This document shows, piece after piece, positions 27,130 to 36,582 of a stretch of 64,000 bases of DNA (position 1 is its first letter; the number at the start of each line of letters is the position of its first letter). The position numbers were made by a program, and so were the translations under genes. This DNA comes from an uncultured Bacilli bacterium (lineage in GTDB: Bacteria; Bacillota_I; Bacilli_A; RF39; UBA660). The notes beneath the pieces are model-generated. The model had not been told where the DNA came from, did no database searches, and worked only from the letters and a program-made list of their open reading frames with translations. The DNA lies in the NCBI GenBank assembly GCA_910587065.1, contig CAJUMA010000001.1, forward strand, positions 9,346 through 73,345. The letters are read 5' to 3'.

Positions 27130-30100
27130 CTAAATATTTTCTTGTTTAGTTTTTAATAATTCTTTTATAGGAGGATTTTTAATATCTCTTGGGATTATTG
27201 GAATATCATCTTTTAAAATAGCTGCCGCTTCTAAATCTCCTTTTCCAATTTCGTATGCATGCTTTATATTGACTTTTTTCAACACTATTTCATAATCCCA
27301 TAAAGGAATAATTTCTTCATCTGTGGCAATCATTGGTAAAAGTGTAATTTTAGGATTATTTCCTTTTTTAATTATTTCTTCTAAAATCTTTATATTTTTA
27401 TCATCTTTACAATTCATTTGATGAAAACGCGTTGCATTATTAATAAGAATATTCTTAGTAATACCTTTAGGAACTTTAACTTTACCTGTAATCATAACTC
27501 TATAGTCATAAATATCAGATTTGCTAATTCCTTTTATAAAAGATAGTATTATCTTCCCTTCTTTATCTTCTTTAGATGCATAGTCCATCAAATCTTGAAA
27601 AACTCTTTTTGCACCTTCTTCATTTTCGAATACAAATCCTATTTTTATAAATTTATTATTAATTAGGTCTCCTAAATACACAACACCTTTCCATTTAGCC
27701 ACATCCCAATGATTACATTTAATCAATCCTGAAGAATAAATATTACTATGTGATACGTTCTCAAATGGATTGTTTTCTGGAACACCATATTCAATATTCT
27801 TTTTATCATCAAAAGGATCTACAGTTTCCTCTTTAGCATTGGTTATTTCAATATCTGAATACCATTCTTTAGTTCTACTAATACTATTGACAGGAATATC
27901 TTTTTCTTCTTCAATACCAAATATTTTATTAAGATTATATAAACTATTTGTGTGATTTAAACTTCTTTCAAAAGCCTTTTCATCTTCAAATATTTCCTTA
28001 AAAGTTTTTTCATAGTCTTTATAAATAAAATTAACTGCTAATATGTTAGCTAATAATTTAAACAGCATATCTGTAATTATTTGATGATTTTCTATAGAAA
28101 TATAATACATATTAAATGAATCCAAAGTAATGATATATGTATCTATTCCATCAAATGAATAGTTAACATCAAAGGTTCCACTATCTTTTTCTTGCAATTG
28201 AATAATAATATCTCCACGCATATATGTATTATGATTATGGATTGTTGCAAATGTATTCTCTAATAAAGCCATTATAAATTCAGCAAATTTATGCATTAAA
28301 TCTGTAGAAGTATAATATATTTTCAATTTATTTCCACTAAGCATTGAATTTATTGCACTTTCTTTTCCATTACAATAAATAGGGATAGGAAGTCTTTGAT
28401 TTAATGATGCTTTATAAAAATCCTCTATTTGTTTATCAACTTGATTTTTATCTCCATTACATTCTTCCAATAACTCATCATCATACGCTCCTAATACATA
28501 TTTGGCCATAATTTTTGAAACAATTAAACCATTATTAGAACACTCGAATATTATTTCATCCAGCATTTTAAAATCTTCAAATTTTGTTCTTAATATTTGG
28601 GACGAGATAAGAGCATCTCTTTGTAAAAGAAATTCTTCCTCTTCTTCATGTTTAAATATTTCATTTTTATCAATCAAAATACTATAAAATATATTTTTGA
28701 TGTTAATCCATTGGATAGCTTGCTCTATATTACCAAATTGTATTTCTAAATCAATAATTCTATTTAATATTTTTAACGAAAATGTTTCTAAATTACCTTC
28801 TTTAAAATACAAATCTATAAATAATGTAACTGCAGCTATATAATAATTTTTGGCAGCATATAATAAACCAATAGATTCAAAATTTGCACCAATATTTATA
28901 TATGCTTCTACTAATTTGCCATTAGTCTCTTCCTTATACAATAAAGTTAAACATTTTCCTAAAATATTTATTGCTTCATAATTTCTGCCAGATGATGAAA
29001 GCAATTTAGACTTTTTCAAATACATATCAGCACGTTGAATTTCGCCTTTTCTACTTGTCAACTTATCAATTATTAATTCATAAAGTTCATCAAACTTTTT
29101 ATTATCATTATACACAGGTAAAAGGTTTTCAATCATTTTGGCTAATTCAATAAAATCATATTCTTTAAACTTTGTTGCTTCTTCTGCAATAATACTTAAT
29201 TCTTCACATTGCTTATCAATATTTTCTTCTAATATAATTTTAATAATGCAAATTCTTGTTTTAGCTTTTAATTGTGTAACAAAACTTTGAGATTTTTCTT
29301 TTTCACTTAGAAGATTCAATAGTATTTTTGTTTTAACTTTTACTGCTTCTTTATCCCTATTTTTTCTAGTATATTCTATAGTCCATAAATTAGCTAAATT
29401 CATTATTTCGTCTATGCTTTTATCTTTAATGACTTCCGCTTGATATTCTTCATAATACTTTTCAAAATTTGTACCATCATTTAACCACCAATTATAATAC
29501 CAGGCTAGGTCATATAAAATCTCCCGTTGTGCTACAATATTCTTTTTTGTTTTCGCAAATCTTAAAGCGCGTTCAAATTTTCCTACAACAACAACTTCAT
29601 CTTCTTCTAAATCTCTACTTATAATGGCAGACTCAATAGAAAGATCAATAACTTCTTGATTAATCTTTTTTTTTGAAGAATAGTCTTGTAATTTCTTTTC
29701 TATTTCTTCTACACGTCTTTGTTTTTTTAAATCATTTGGACCAATTTCTTTTTCCTTAATTGGTTGAGTAATATTAATTAATTTTAATAGATCCAAATTT
29801 TTTTCATGTAGAGCTTTATTTAATATCCAAGTTTTATCTAAAATAGTTATATCTAATCCTGTTTCCCTACTTTTATTATCTTGATATTCTAATCTTTTAT
29901 CATTTTTAATCGATTGATTGGTTATAAAAAAGATTTTAGTATATCCTCTTTTTGTATCTATAATTTTTTTTATATCTCCATCACATTTTGATTTCCAACT
30001 TTTTCTTAGGCTAATTGCAAACGCCCACCTGTCATTTTTTCCATTTAAGCCATGCCACCAAAATTCTTGAATATCCTTTGCTACTGGATAATTTTCTGTA

Positions 30101-30333
30101 TCAACCTTACCATCTCCTCCACCAGCTGGACCAGTTTCTTCTATTAAATTAGGACAGACTTCTCTTTCCAATAATTTTCTTATGAATTCTTCAAAATCAA
30201 AATGTTTATTTTGTTCTGATAGTCTTGATAAATGAAAATCTAATATTTCTCTAGGGCACTCAACTTTATCCACAATCTTTGAATCCGAAAATTGATTAGG
30301 ATGTAATTTTTTTAATAAATCTCTTGGTTCCAT
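27130..30333 (-). CDS. large orphan protein (1067 aa): PD-(D/E)xK/Mrr-like N-terminus, TPR-like helical middle, unassigned C-terminal half
   Basis: GGAGG RBS. N-terminus FEEFIRKLLE..ETGPAGGGDGKVD..RWAFAISLRK..KIFFITNQ. Helical repeats at roughly residues 430-560 (NYEAINILGKCLTLLYKE, LVEAYINIGANFESIGLLYAAKNYYIAA). No canonical P-loop. Confidence 0.75.
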   Translation of the reverse strand: MEPRDLLKKLHPNQFSDSKIVDKVECPREILDFHLSRLSEQNKHFDFEEFIRKLLEREVCPNLIEETGPAGGGDGKVDTENYPVAKDIQEFWWHGLNGKNDRWAFAISLRKSWKSKCDGDIKKIIDTKRGYTKIFFITNQSIKNDKRLEYQDNKSRETGLDITILDKTWILNKALHEKNLDLLKLINITQPIKEKEIGPNDLKKQRRVEEIEKKLQDYSSKKKINQEVIDLSIESAIISRDLEEDEVVVVGKFERALRFAKTKKNIVAQREILYDLAWYYNWWLNDGTNFEKYYEEYQAEVIKDKSIDEIMNLANLWTIEYTRKNRDKEAVKVKTKILLNLLSEKEKSQSFVTQLKAKTRICIIKIILEENIDKQCEELSIIAEEATKFKEYDFIELAKMIENLLPVYNDNKKFDELYELIIDKLTSRKGEIQRADMYLKKSKLLSSSGRNYEAINILGKCLTLLYKEETNGKLVEAYINIGANFESIGLLYAAKNYYIAAVTLFIDLYFKEGNLETFSLKILNRIIDLEIQFGNIEQAIQWINIKNIFYSILIDKNEIFKHEEEEEFLLQRDALISSQILRTKFEDFKMLDEIIFECSNNGLIVSKIMAKYVLGAYDDELLEECNGDKNQVDKQIEDFYKASLNQRLPIPIYCNGKESAINSMLSGNKLKIYYTSTDLMHKFAEFIMALLENTFATIHNHNTYMRGDIIIQLQEKDSGTFDVNYSFDGIDTYIITLDSFNMYYISIENHQIITDMLFKLLANILAVNFIYKDYEKTFKEIFEDEKAFERSLNHTNSLYNLNKIFGIEEEKDIPVNSISRTKEWYSDIEITNAKEETVDPFDDKKNIEYGVPENNPFENVSHSNIYSSGLIKCNHWDVAKWKGVVYLGDLINNKFIKIGFVFENEEGAKRVFQDLMDYASKEDKEGKIILSFIKGISKSDIYDYRVMITGKVKVPKGITKNILINNATRFHQMNCKDDKNIKILEEIIKKGNNPKITLLPMIATDEEIIPLWDYEIVLKKVNIKHAYEIGKGDLEAAAILKDDIPIIPRDIKNPPIKELLKTKQENI

Positions 30334-30344
30334 AATACCTCCAA

Positions 30345-31271
30345 TTATAACAATTTTAAATATTTCTTTAACATTTCTATTTCCAACTTAGTTATTAATT
30401 TAACAAAATCTGTGTAATCACCAGTTGTATGAGCTTTATCTAATGCTTCATAATATTCTAATCTATCTTCCTTTTTTATTATTACTGGATTAAACCCATG
30501 ATTCATTAAATCTAAATTCATAAGTAATCTTGAAGTTCTACCATTACCATCTACAAATGGATGAATTTTAACTAATTCCCCATGTAATAAAGCTGCCTGA
30601 ATAATTGGATGGAAATTATTCCAGTTTTCATAATTTAAAACTAATTTTTCCATTAGTTCTGGAACTTTCAAATAATCAGGTGGAATATGAGTAGCACCCT
30701 TTATAGTAACATTTTCTCTTCTATATCTCCCTGCATTTTCATCATCAATATCTTTTAAAACTAATTGATGAATACCTTTGATATTCCACTCACTAATTGG
30801 ATTGTTCTCTTTTAGCAAATCATTTAAATATAAAATTGCCTTTTCATGATTAATAGCCTCTAAATGCTCTTTTATTGATTTTCCTCCAACTGTAATTCCC
30901 TCTAATACTACTTGTGTTTCTCTAAGTGTCAATGTATTACCTTCTATACCATTACTGTTATATGTCCATTCAAGATTAATCGATTCTTCTAATGATTTTA
31001 AAGTTTCTTTCGGTATAGGTCTTTTATTATCTAATTCTCTCTTTATTTGGTCGACTTCATTAAAATAATTATCCTCTAAATCAATAATAAATTCTGTAGA
31101 ATCTGGTTTAATAACTCGTTTATCCACAGGTTTTATTGCATCAACTGGAATATTCCAACTGTTTCCGTTTTTAACAGCTCCTTCAATTCTACCATCTTGT
31201 AATAGTTGTCTTATCCTTCTTTCACTAATATTCCATTTTTTTACAGCTTCTTTAGTAGTCATAAATTCCAT
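30345..31271 (-). CDS. Fic (Fido) domain protein with N-terminal excisionase/MerR-like HTH
   Basis: HTH MTTKEAVKKWNISERRIRQLLQDGRIEGA, and an intact Fic motif HPFVDGNGRTSRLLMN. Its stop lies 11 nt before the 1067-aa ORF. Confidence 0.85.
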   Translation of the reverse strand: MEFMTTKEAVKKWNISERRIRQLLQDGRIEGAVKNGNSWNIPVDAIKPVDKRVIKPDSTEFIIDLEDNYFNEVDQIKRELDNKRPIPKETLKSLEESINLEWTYNSNGIEGNTLTLRETQVVLEGITVGGKSIKEHLEAINHEKAILYLNDLLKENNPISEWNIKGIHQLVLKDIDDENAGRYRRENVTIKGATHIPPDYLKVPELMEKLVLNYENWNNFHPIIQAALLHGELVKIHPFVDGNGRTSRLLMNLDLMNHGFNPVIIKKEDRLEYYEALDKAHTTGDYTDFVKLITKLEIEMLKKYLKLL

Positions 31272-31332
31272 AACTCTTCACCTCTATATATCATTATACC
31301 GTTGTCGGTAGTTTAAGTCAATTATATAAACT

Positions 31333-32595
31333 CTAGTTTTTAAATTTTATAATTTCATTTATAGTTTCTGATTTTACTGTTTCTTCAAACTTTTCACTTG
31401 CTCCTTTAAGTGTTACTTCTGTTGAGGAAATATAATAATTCTCCGTTGCTTCTATTTTGCTATGACCCAAAATATCCGCAACATCTCTAATTTCTACACC
31501 ATTTCTTAAACTTTTTGTTGCGTAACTTCCCCTTAAATCATAAAATCTGCAATTTTTTATTCCTAGGTCTGTATGAATTACTTTGTATGGATATTTTACA
31601 ATGTCAGTTCCGCTAAAAACTCCATTATCTTTTCTAAATACAAAATCTAACGTCTCTAATGATTTAGATCTTCTAGTAGTTTCAACTACCCTATATTCTA
31701 CTATTTTTCCATACTTATTTTTAACATCTTCTAAATGATAGTATTTATAATTTTTACCATAATCCTTCTTATAATTATCTTGTTTACTTTTATAATTTTT
31801 TAATGCGGTTAATAAAGTATCACAAATATATACTTTTCTTACTCCATTTATTGTTTTTGTCGTACCCAAAAACCATTTGCCTTTTTCATCTTTTTCCTTA
31901 CTATATACATTATGTTCAATACTGATAATTCTTTTTTCAAGATCAACTTTATCCCACAGGGCACAAACTTCTCCTGTTCTCATACCAGTGAAACACGCAG
32001 TTAAAAACGCACAAGTAAAGGCATAATTATTTTTAAATCTATTTAAAATGATATCAATTTCATCTTGAGTATAAATATGCCTTATGGTCTTTTTTTTTAA
32101 TTGTGCAAGATGGGGCAAACTTACAGTTATTGCTGGATTATAATTAATAAATCCAAAGATATCAGTTGCTACTCTAAATGAACATTTTATTACTTTTACA
32201 AAATTTCTTAAATATCCATAAGAGTAATCATATCTTCTACATACATCTATTAAATATTTGTTTAACTGATAACTTGTAATTGCATTAAGTCTATAATGAC
32301 CTAAATAAATCTTTAAATACTTATTAACAATAACAGAATACTCTTCTATTGTTCTGTATTTTAAATTTACTTTACAGTAATTATCTAGCCAATAATCTAA
32401 ATAATCTCCATAAGACATAAAGGCTTCTATCCTATATCCACCATTTTGATATTCTTCATAAGCCTTTTGCCCTGCAATAAATGCAGCATTTTTTGTTTTA
32501 AACCCAGATTTTGAAATATACTTTCTCTTGCCATTTACTCTTGCTGTTTCAAATCGATACTGATACACCTTTCCCCTTTTTTGAATACTAATCAT
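31333..32595 (-). CDS. tyrosine site-specific recombinase (phage integrase family)
   Basis: Has an N-terminal SAM-like/AP2-like region and a catalytic domain. Catalytic motifs are FTGMRTGEVCAL, HDLRGSYATK and ILGHSKIEATENYY. ATG 32595, 9 nt after AGGGAG, is preferred over the track start at 32655. Confidence 0.9.
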   Translation of the reverse strand: MISIQKRGKVYQYRFETARVNGKRKYISKSGFKTKNAAFIAGQKAYEEYQNGGYRIEAFMSYGDYLDYWLDNYCKVNLKYRTIEEYSVIVNKYLKIYLGHYRLNAITSYQLNKYLIDVCRRYDYSYGYLRNFVKVIKCSFRVATDIFGFINYNPAITVSLPHLAQLKKKTIRHIYTQDEIDIILNRFKNNYAFTCAFLTACFTGMRTGEVCALWDKVDLEKRIISIEHNVYSKEKDEKGKWFLGTTKTINGVRKVYICDTLLTALKNYKSKQDNYKKDYGKNYKYYHLEDVKNKYGKIVEYRVVETTRRSKSLETLDFVFRKDNGVFSGTDIVKYPYKVIHTDLGIKNCRFYDLRGSYATKSLRNGVEIRDVADILGHSKIEATENYYISSTEVTLKGASEKFEETVKSETINEIIKFKN

Positions 32596-32631
32596 TCTTA
32601 TCATCTCCCTTTCATTTTCGATTAGTTTTAC

Positions 32632-32677
32632 TAAAACAAAAAGGAATGTTATCATTTTCTCTATGTTAACATTCCTT
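32632..32677 (-). terminator. secA terminator-like hairpin (or att-associated inverted repeat)
   Basis: Perfect 10-bp inverted repeat AAGGAATGTT/AACATTCCTT (32641-32650 and 32668-32677) with a 17-nt loop. On the minus strand it is followed by TTTGTTTT. Confidence 0.5.
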
Positions 32678-32782
32678 TATTTATCAATGTTTTAGTTATT
32701 TATTTTTAATTTATGGGAACAAATGTAAATTTCGCTACCACTTTCAATTTTATCAAATTCCTCGGAAAACCTTATTTTACGG

Positions 32783-35281
32783 TCATTTCCCGCAACATTG
32801 CTTATACTTTTTCCCGCTACCACAAGGACATTTGTCATTACGACCAACCTTACTCTCGTTCTTAACAGTTGTCTTAACTTTTTCCTTACCATCACCTGCG
32901 TTGCCTTCTAATTGTCTTGCAGCAAAGTTTTGTTTTATCTCCATTTTAAGTAAAAACGTTGCAATTGAAGCATCAATATTATCTTGCATTGCTTCAAACA
33001 TTTCATATCCCTCTAAAGCATATGCTTGTAAAGGGTTATTTTGTCCATAACCACGAAGCCCTATACCTTCTCTTAATTGATCCATATCAGCTATATGTTT
33101 AACCCATGCTTCATCAATTACACGAAGCGATATATGTTTTTCAAAATCAGTTACAATTTCTTTTGGAACAATCTCAATTTTTTCCTCATAATCTTTTATA
33201 ACTCTTTCACTTAAGATTGCAAAAACTTCATCTTCTTTTTTACCATATAAATCTTCAGGTCTAATTTTTTCTTTCTTAAGTAAATTATGATTAACAGCAT
33301 CACATATTCCATCCATATCAGAATTAGTTAAATAACCCTCAGGAGCAATATGTGCTTCAATCAACTCATCTATATAATCATTTAAAATATCAATTATAAT
33401 TTGATGAATATCCTCTGAATCTAAAATTTCATTTCTTCTTTCATAAATAATCTTTCTTTGTTCAGATACAATATTGTCATAATCAAGTAAGTTCTTACGC
33501 ATATCATAGTTATTGCCTTCAACCTTCTTTTGAGCAGATTCAACAGACTTAGTAAACATTTTACTTCTAACTTGTTCCATATCATCTAATCCTAAAGATT
33601 GAACCATATTCTTAACTCTATCAGCTCCGAATCTATGCATTAACTCATCTTCAAAAGAAATAAAGAATTGAGAATAACCAGGGTCGCCTTGACGACCTGC
33701 ACGACCACGTAACTGATTATCGATACGGCGAGATTCATGTCTTTCAGTACCAATTACACAAAGACCACCTAATTCAGAAACTCCATCGCCAAGTTTAATA
33801 TCAGTTCCACGCCCCGCCATATTTGTAGCTATTGTAACGGCTCCTTTTTCACCAGCCTTAGCAATAATTTCTGCTTCTCTTGCATGATTCTTGGCATTTA
33901 AAACTTCATGTTTAATTCCTACTTTATCTAACATTTTAGATAATCTCTCATTATTTTCAACTGAAATTGTACCCACTAATATTGGTTGTCCTGTTTCATG
34001 AACTTGTTTAATAAAGTCAACAATGTTTTTAAACTTAGCTCCTTCAGTGGCATACATTATATCCGACATATCTTTTCTAATGCATGGCTTATTTGTAGGA
34101 ATTTGAATGACATACATATTATAAATATCTCTAAATTCTTCTTCTTCTGTTTTAGCAGTACCTGTCATACCAGAAATTTTCGCATACATTCTAAACAAAT
34201 TTTGAAAAGTAATTGTTGCCATTGTACGAGTTTCTTCATTTATTTGAACTCCCTCTTTAGCTTCAATTGCTTGATGTAAGCCATCGCTAAATTGTCTTCC
34301 TTGCATCAAACGTCCTGTAAAAGGGTCAACAATAATTATCTTTTGTTCCCCATCAACAACATAATCAACATCTAATTTCATTCCGTAATTAGCTTTTAAT
34401 GCTTGGTTTATATGATGCACTAAAACGGTATTATCTTCATCATATAAATTTTTTAATTTAAAGAATTTTTCAACCTTTTTAGAACCATCTTCTGTTAACA
34501 TAACAGATTTAGTCTTAGGATCAACCGTATAATCATCTTCTTCAACTAATGATTTAACAGCTTTATCAGCTTCACGATAAAGATTAGTTGTATTAACTTT
34601 ACCACCAGAGATTATCAGTGGAGTACGAGCTTCATCAATTAAGATTGAATCGACTTCATCTAGAATTACATAATTTAATTTTCTTAGTACTCTATCTTCT
34701 TTTCTGACAACCATGTTATCTCTTAAATAATCAAAACCAACTTCATTATTAGTCGAATAAGTTATATCACAATTATAAACTTCTCTTTTCTCTTCAGGAC
34801 TCATCTCATGTAAATTAACCCCTACACTTAAGCCTAAGAATTCATAAATTGGTCTCATCCAATCAGCATTACGTTGAGTTAAATACTCATTTACTGTAAC
34901 AACGTGAACGCCTTTACCTGTTAAAGCATTTAAATAAGCTGGCAAAATAGTAGTTAAGGTTTTTCCTTCACCAGTCTTTAATTCAGCAATATTACCAAAA
35001 TGCAATGCTAAACCACCAAGTAATTGAACATAGTAAGGTTTTTCACCAATTTGTCTATAAGCAACTTCTCTAGCAGCAGCAAAAGCTGTAACAATAATAT
35101 CTTCATCATTAACTGTTTTTCCATTTTCCAATTGAGCCTTTAATTTGTCTGTTGTCGATGCTAAGTCCTCATCACTCATATTCGTATACTTATCATCTAA
35201 TGCGACAATTTTATCAGCAATCTTTTTAAATTTTTTTAATTCTTTATATTCAGTATCTACTAAACTTTTTAATAATCCCAT
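32783..35281 (-). CDS. secA: preprotein translocase ATPase SecA
   Basis: 832 aa. Walker A MKTGEGKTL-type (ELKTGEGKTLT), DEAD-like box DEVDSILIDEARTPLIISG, and the C-terminal Zn finger CPCGSGKKYKQCCGK. Confidence 0.97.
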   Translation of the reverse strand: MGLLKSLVDTEYKELKKFKKIADKIVALDDKYTNMSDEDLASTTDKLKAQLENGKTVNDEDIIVTAFAAAREVAYRQIGEKPYYVQLLGGLALHFGNIAELKTGEGKTLTTILPAYLNALTGKGVHVVTVNEYLTQRNADWMRPIYEFLGLSVGVNLHEMSPEEKREVYNCDITYSTNNEVGFDYLRDNMVVRKEDRVLRKLNYVILDEVDSILIDEARTPLIISGGKVNTTNLYREADKAVKSLVEEDDYTVDPKTKSVMLTEDGSKKVEKFFKLKNLYDEDNTVLVHHINQALKANYGMKLDVDYVVDGEQKIIIVDPFTGRLMQGRQFSDGLHQAIEAKEGVQINEETRTMATITFQNLFRMYAKISGMTGTAKTEEEEFRDIYNMYVIQIPTNKPCIRKDMSDIMYATEGAKFKNIVDFIKQVHETGQPILVGTISVENNERLSKMLDKVGIKHEVLNAKNHAREAEIIAKAGEKGAVTIATNMAGRGTDIKLGDGVSELGGLCVIGTERHESRRIDNQLRGRAGRQGDPGYSQFFISFEDELMHRFGADRVKNMVQSLGLDDMEQVRSKMFTKSVESAQKKVEGNNYDMRKNLLDYDNIVSEQRKIIYERRNEILDSEDIHQIIIDILNDYIDELIEAHIAPEGYLTNSDMDGICDAVNHNLLKKEKIRPEDLYGKKEDEVFAILSERVIKDYEEKIEIVPKEIVTDFEKHISLRVIDEAWVKHIADMDQLREGIGLRGYGQNNPLQAYALEGYEMFEAMQDNIDASIATFLLKMEIKQNFAARQLEGNAGDGKEKVKTTVKNESKVGRNDKCPCGSGKKYKQCCGK

Positions 35282-35361
35282 AGTAATTACCCTCCGTATA
35301 TAACATTATAACATAAAATCGTGGAAAAAAGCCACTATTTTACAAATTATAGTCAAATTGA

Positions 35362-36513
35362 TTATCTATCTTTTACCACCTTTTTAGATTTATCTTTTTT
35401 TAACAACTTTTTTTCATAACTCGTGAGAATCTTCTCTCTATCAGCTTCTGCTACATTGCTATCTATTGCATCTTTTAAATTATTTATTCTCATCTTTTCT
35501 GCTGCCATAAAAGCTTCTTTTATCTTTATCGACTCATAAAACAAATTTTCTACATCTCTTTTCCTTGGGTTTAAAGATAATGTTCCATCATTATTATCTA
35601 AATCATTAATTTCTAGATTATATGAGAAATAAAAACAACCGACAAGTACCCAATAAATTATAGAAATCAAAGTAAGAATTACTCTACGAGGTAACCTTGT
35701 TTTAGAAAATATTACCTTTGCTGATTTTATATCATTATATCTAACAATACGTATAATGATTTCTCTTTTCTCATCCCGTGTTAAATTATCTAATATACTC
35801 TTATCATCACTTTCCAAATATCTAGAATTTTTTAACATTTCAACAATTCTATCAAACAAATTATCATATTCTTTCTCTTCATATTCATGGAAATCTAAAT
35901 TTTCATTTTCGTTTAAATCAAAATAGTCGCTCACTACATTTGCACTACTAATAGACATTTCCCCATTTTCAGCTAAACTAACTTGAATATCTACACACTC
36001 TTCACCATTATGAATTTTCGCATCAATTGAATTATCTAAAGTTGCATTTGAATCTAATACTTCATCAGCATCCGAATCAACTATGACATGACTACACATG
36101 GTTGCAATATCACCCAATCTATATAACTTCATAGGTTCTTTTTCACATAATCCATCCTTTGAACTATAAATCGTTTCTTCCATTATACATTCAGTAACTT
36201 TTCCTTCTTCTTCGACTCTTTTAGGAGTAAAAAACGTCGAAATAGCAAGAGCTGTTAGAAATGCTGGCACACTAATCATAACAAATCTTGTCCTTCTAAC
36301 AAAAAAGTAATTTTTAAAACATACCTTTAAATTATTAACACGAACTTCCTCTTCTAAATATTTAATTATTTTCGAAGAACCCTCATTCTTTACTGGAACA
36401 TTCGTATCTCTATCTAACTCTTTTTCTAAAGAAATTCTATCAATATTTTTTAAATACTTTATTTGATTTATGTTATTTATTACAGCTCTTGTAAAATCTA
36501 ACATAATAATCAC
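35362..36513 (-). CDS. hypothetical two-TM membrane protein, paralog A
   Basis: Shares its N-terminus (TRAVINNINQIKYLKNI), EVRVNNLKV, two TM helices and the C-terminal KEAFMAAEK..L helix with ORF 36583-37692. Confidence 0.6.
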   Translation of the reverse strand: MIIMLDFTRAVINNINQIKYLKNIDRISLEKELDRDTNVPVKNEGSSKIIKYLEEEVRVNNLKVCFKNYFFVRRTRFVMISVPAFLTALAISTFFTPKRVEEEGKVTECIMEETIYSSKDGLCEKEPMKLYRLGDIATMCSHVIVDSDADEVLDSNATLDNSIDAKIHNGEECVDIQVSLAENGEMSISSANVVSDYFDLNENENLDFHEYEEKEYDNLFDRIVEMLKNSRYLESDDKSILDNLTRDEKREIIIRIVRYNDIKSAKVIFSKTRLPRRVILTLISIIYWVLVGCFYFSYNLEINDLDNNDGTLSLNPRKRDVENLFYESIKIKEAFMAAEKMRINNLKDAIDSNVAEADREKILTSYEKKLLKKDKSKKVVKDR

Positions 36514-36582
36514 CTCTTAAATAGTTATTCTAACTAAAATATAGGAAATAAGCAAGAAAAAAGGCTTAAAAAAGCCTCAAAA

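Larger units (their letters stand above)
26826..32782 (-). mobile_element. ~6-kb integrated island at the secA 3' end (integrase, HTH-Fic, 1067-aa orphan)
   Basis: A tyrosine integrase abuts the secA stop, a duplicated SecA tail sits at the far end, and repeat motifs are shared at both ends. The insertion interrupts the conserved secA-prfB neighbourhood. Confidence 0.6.

Noticed and set aside
27130-30333. A Walker A / STAND NTPase module in the 1067-aa protein, which would make it Avs-like
   Set aside because: The only Gly-rich stretch is GPAGGGDGKVD. It ends in KV rather than GK[ST] and sits inside the nuclease-like motif. No Walker B or sensor motifs were seen by eye.
32692-32895. 67-aa minus-strand ORF overlapping the secA stop region
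   Set aside because: It lies in a different frame across the SecA zinc-finger tail and the att-like region. It has no RBS and is explained by secA plus intergenic DNA.
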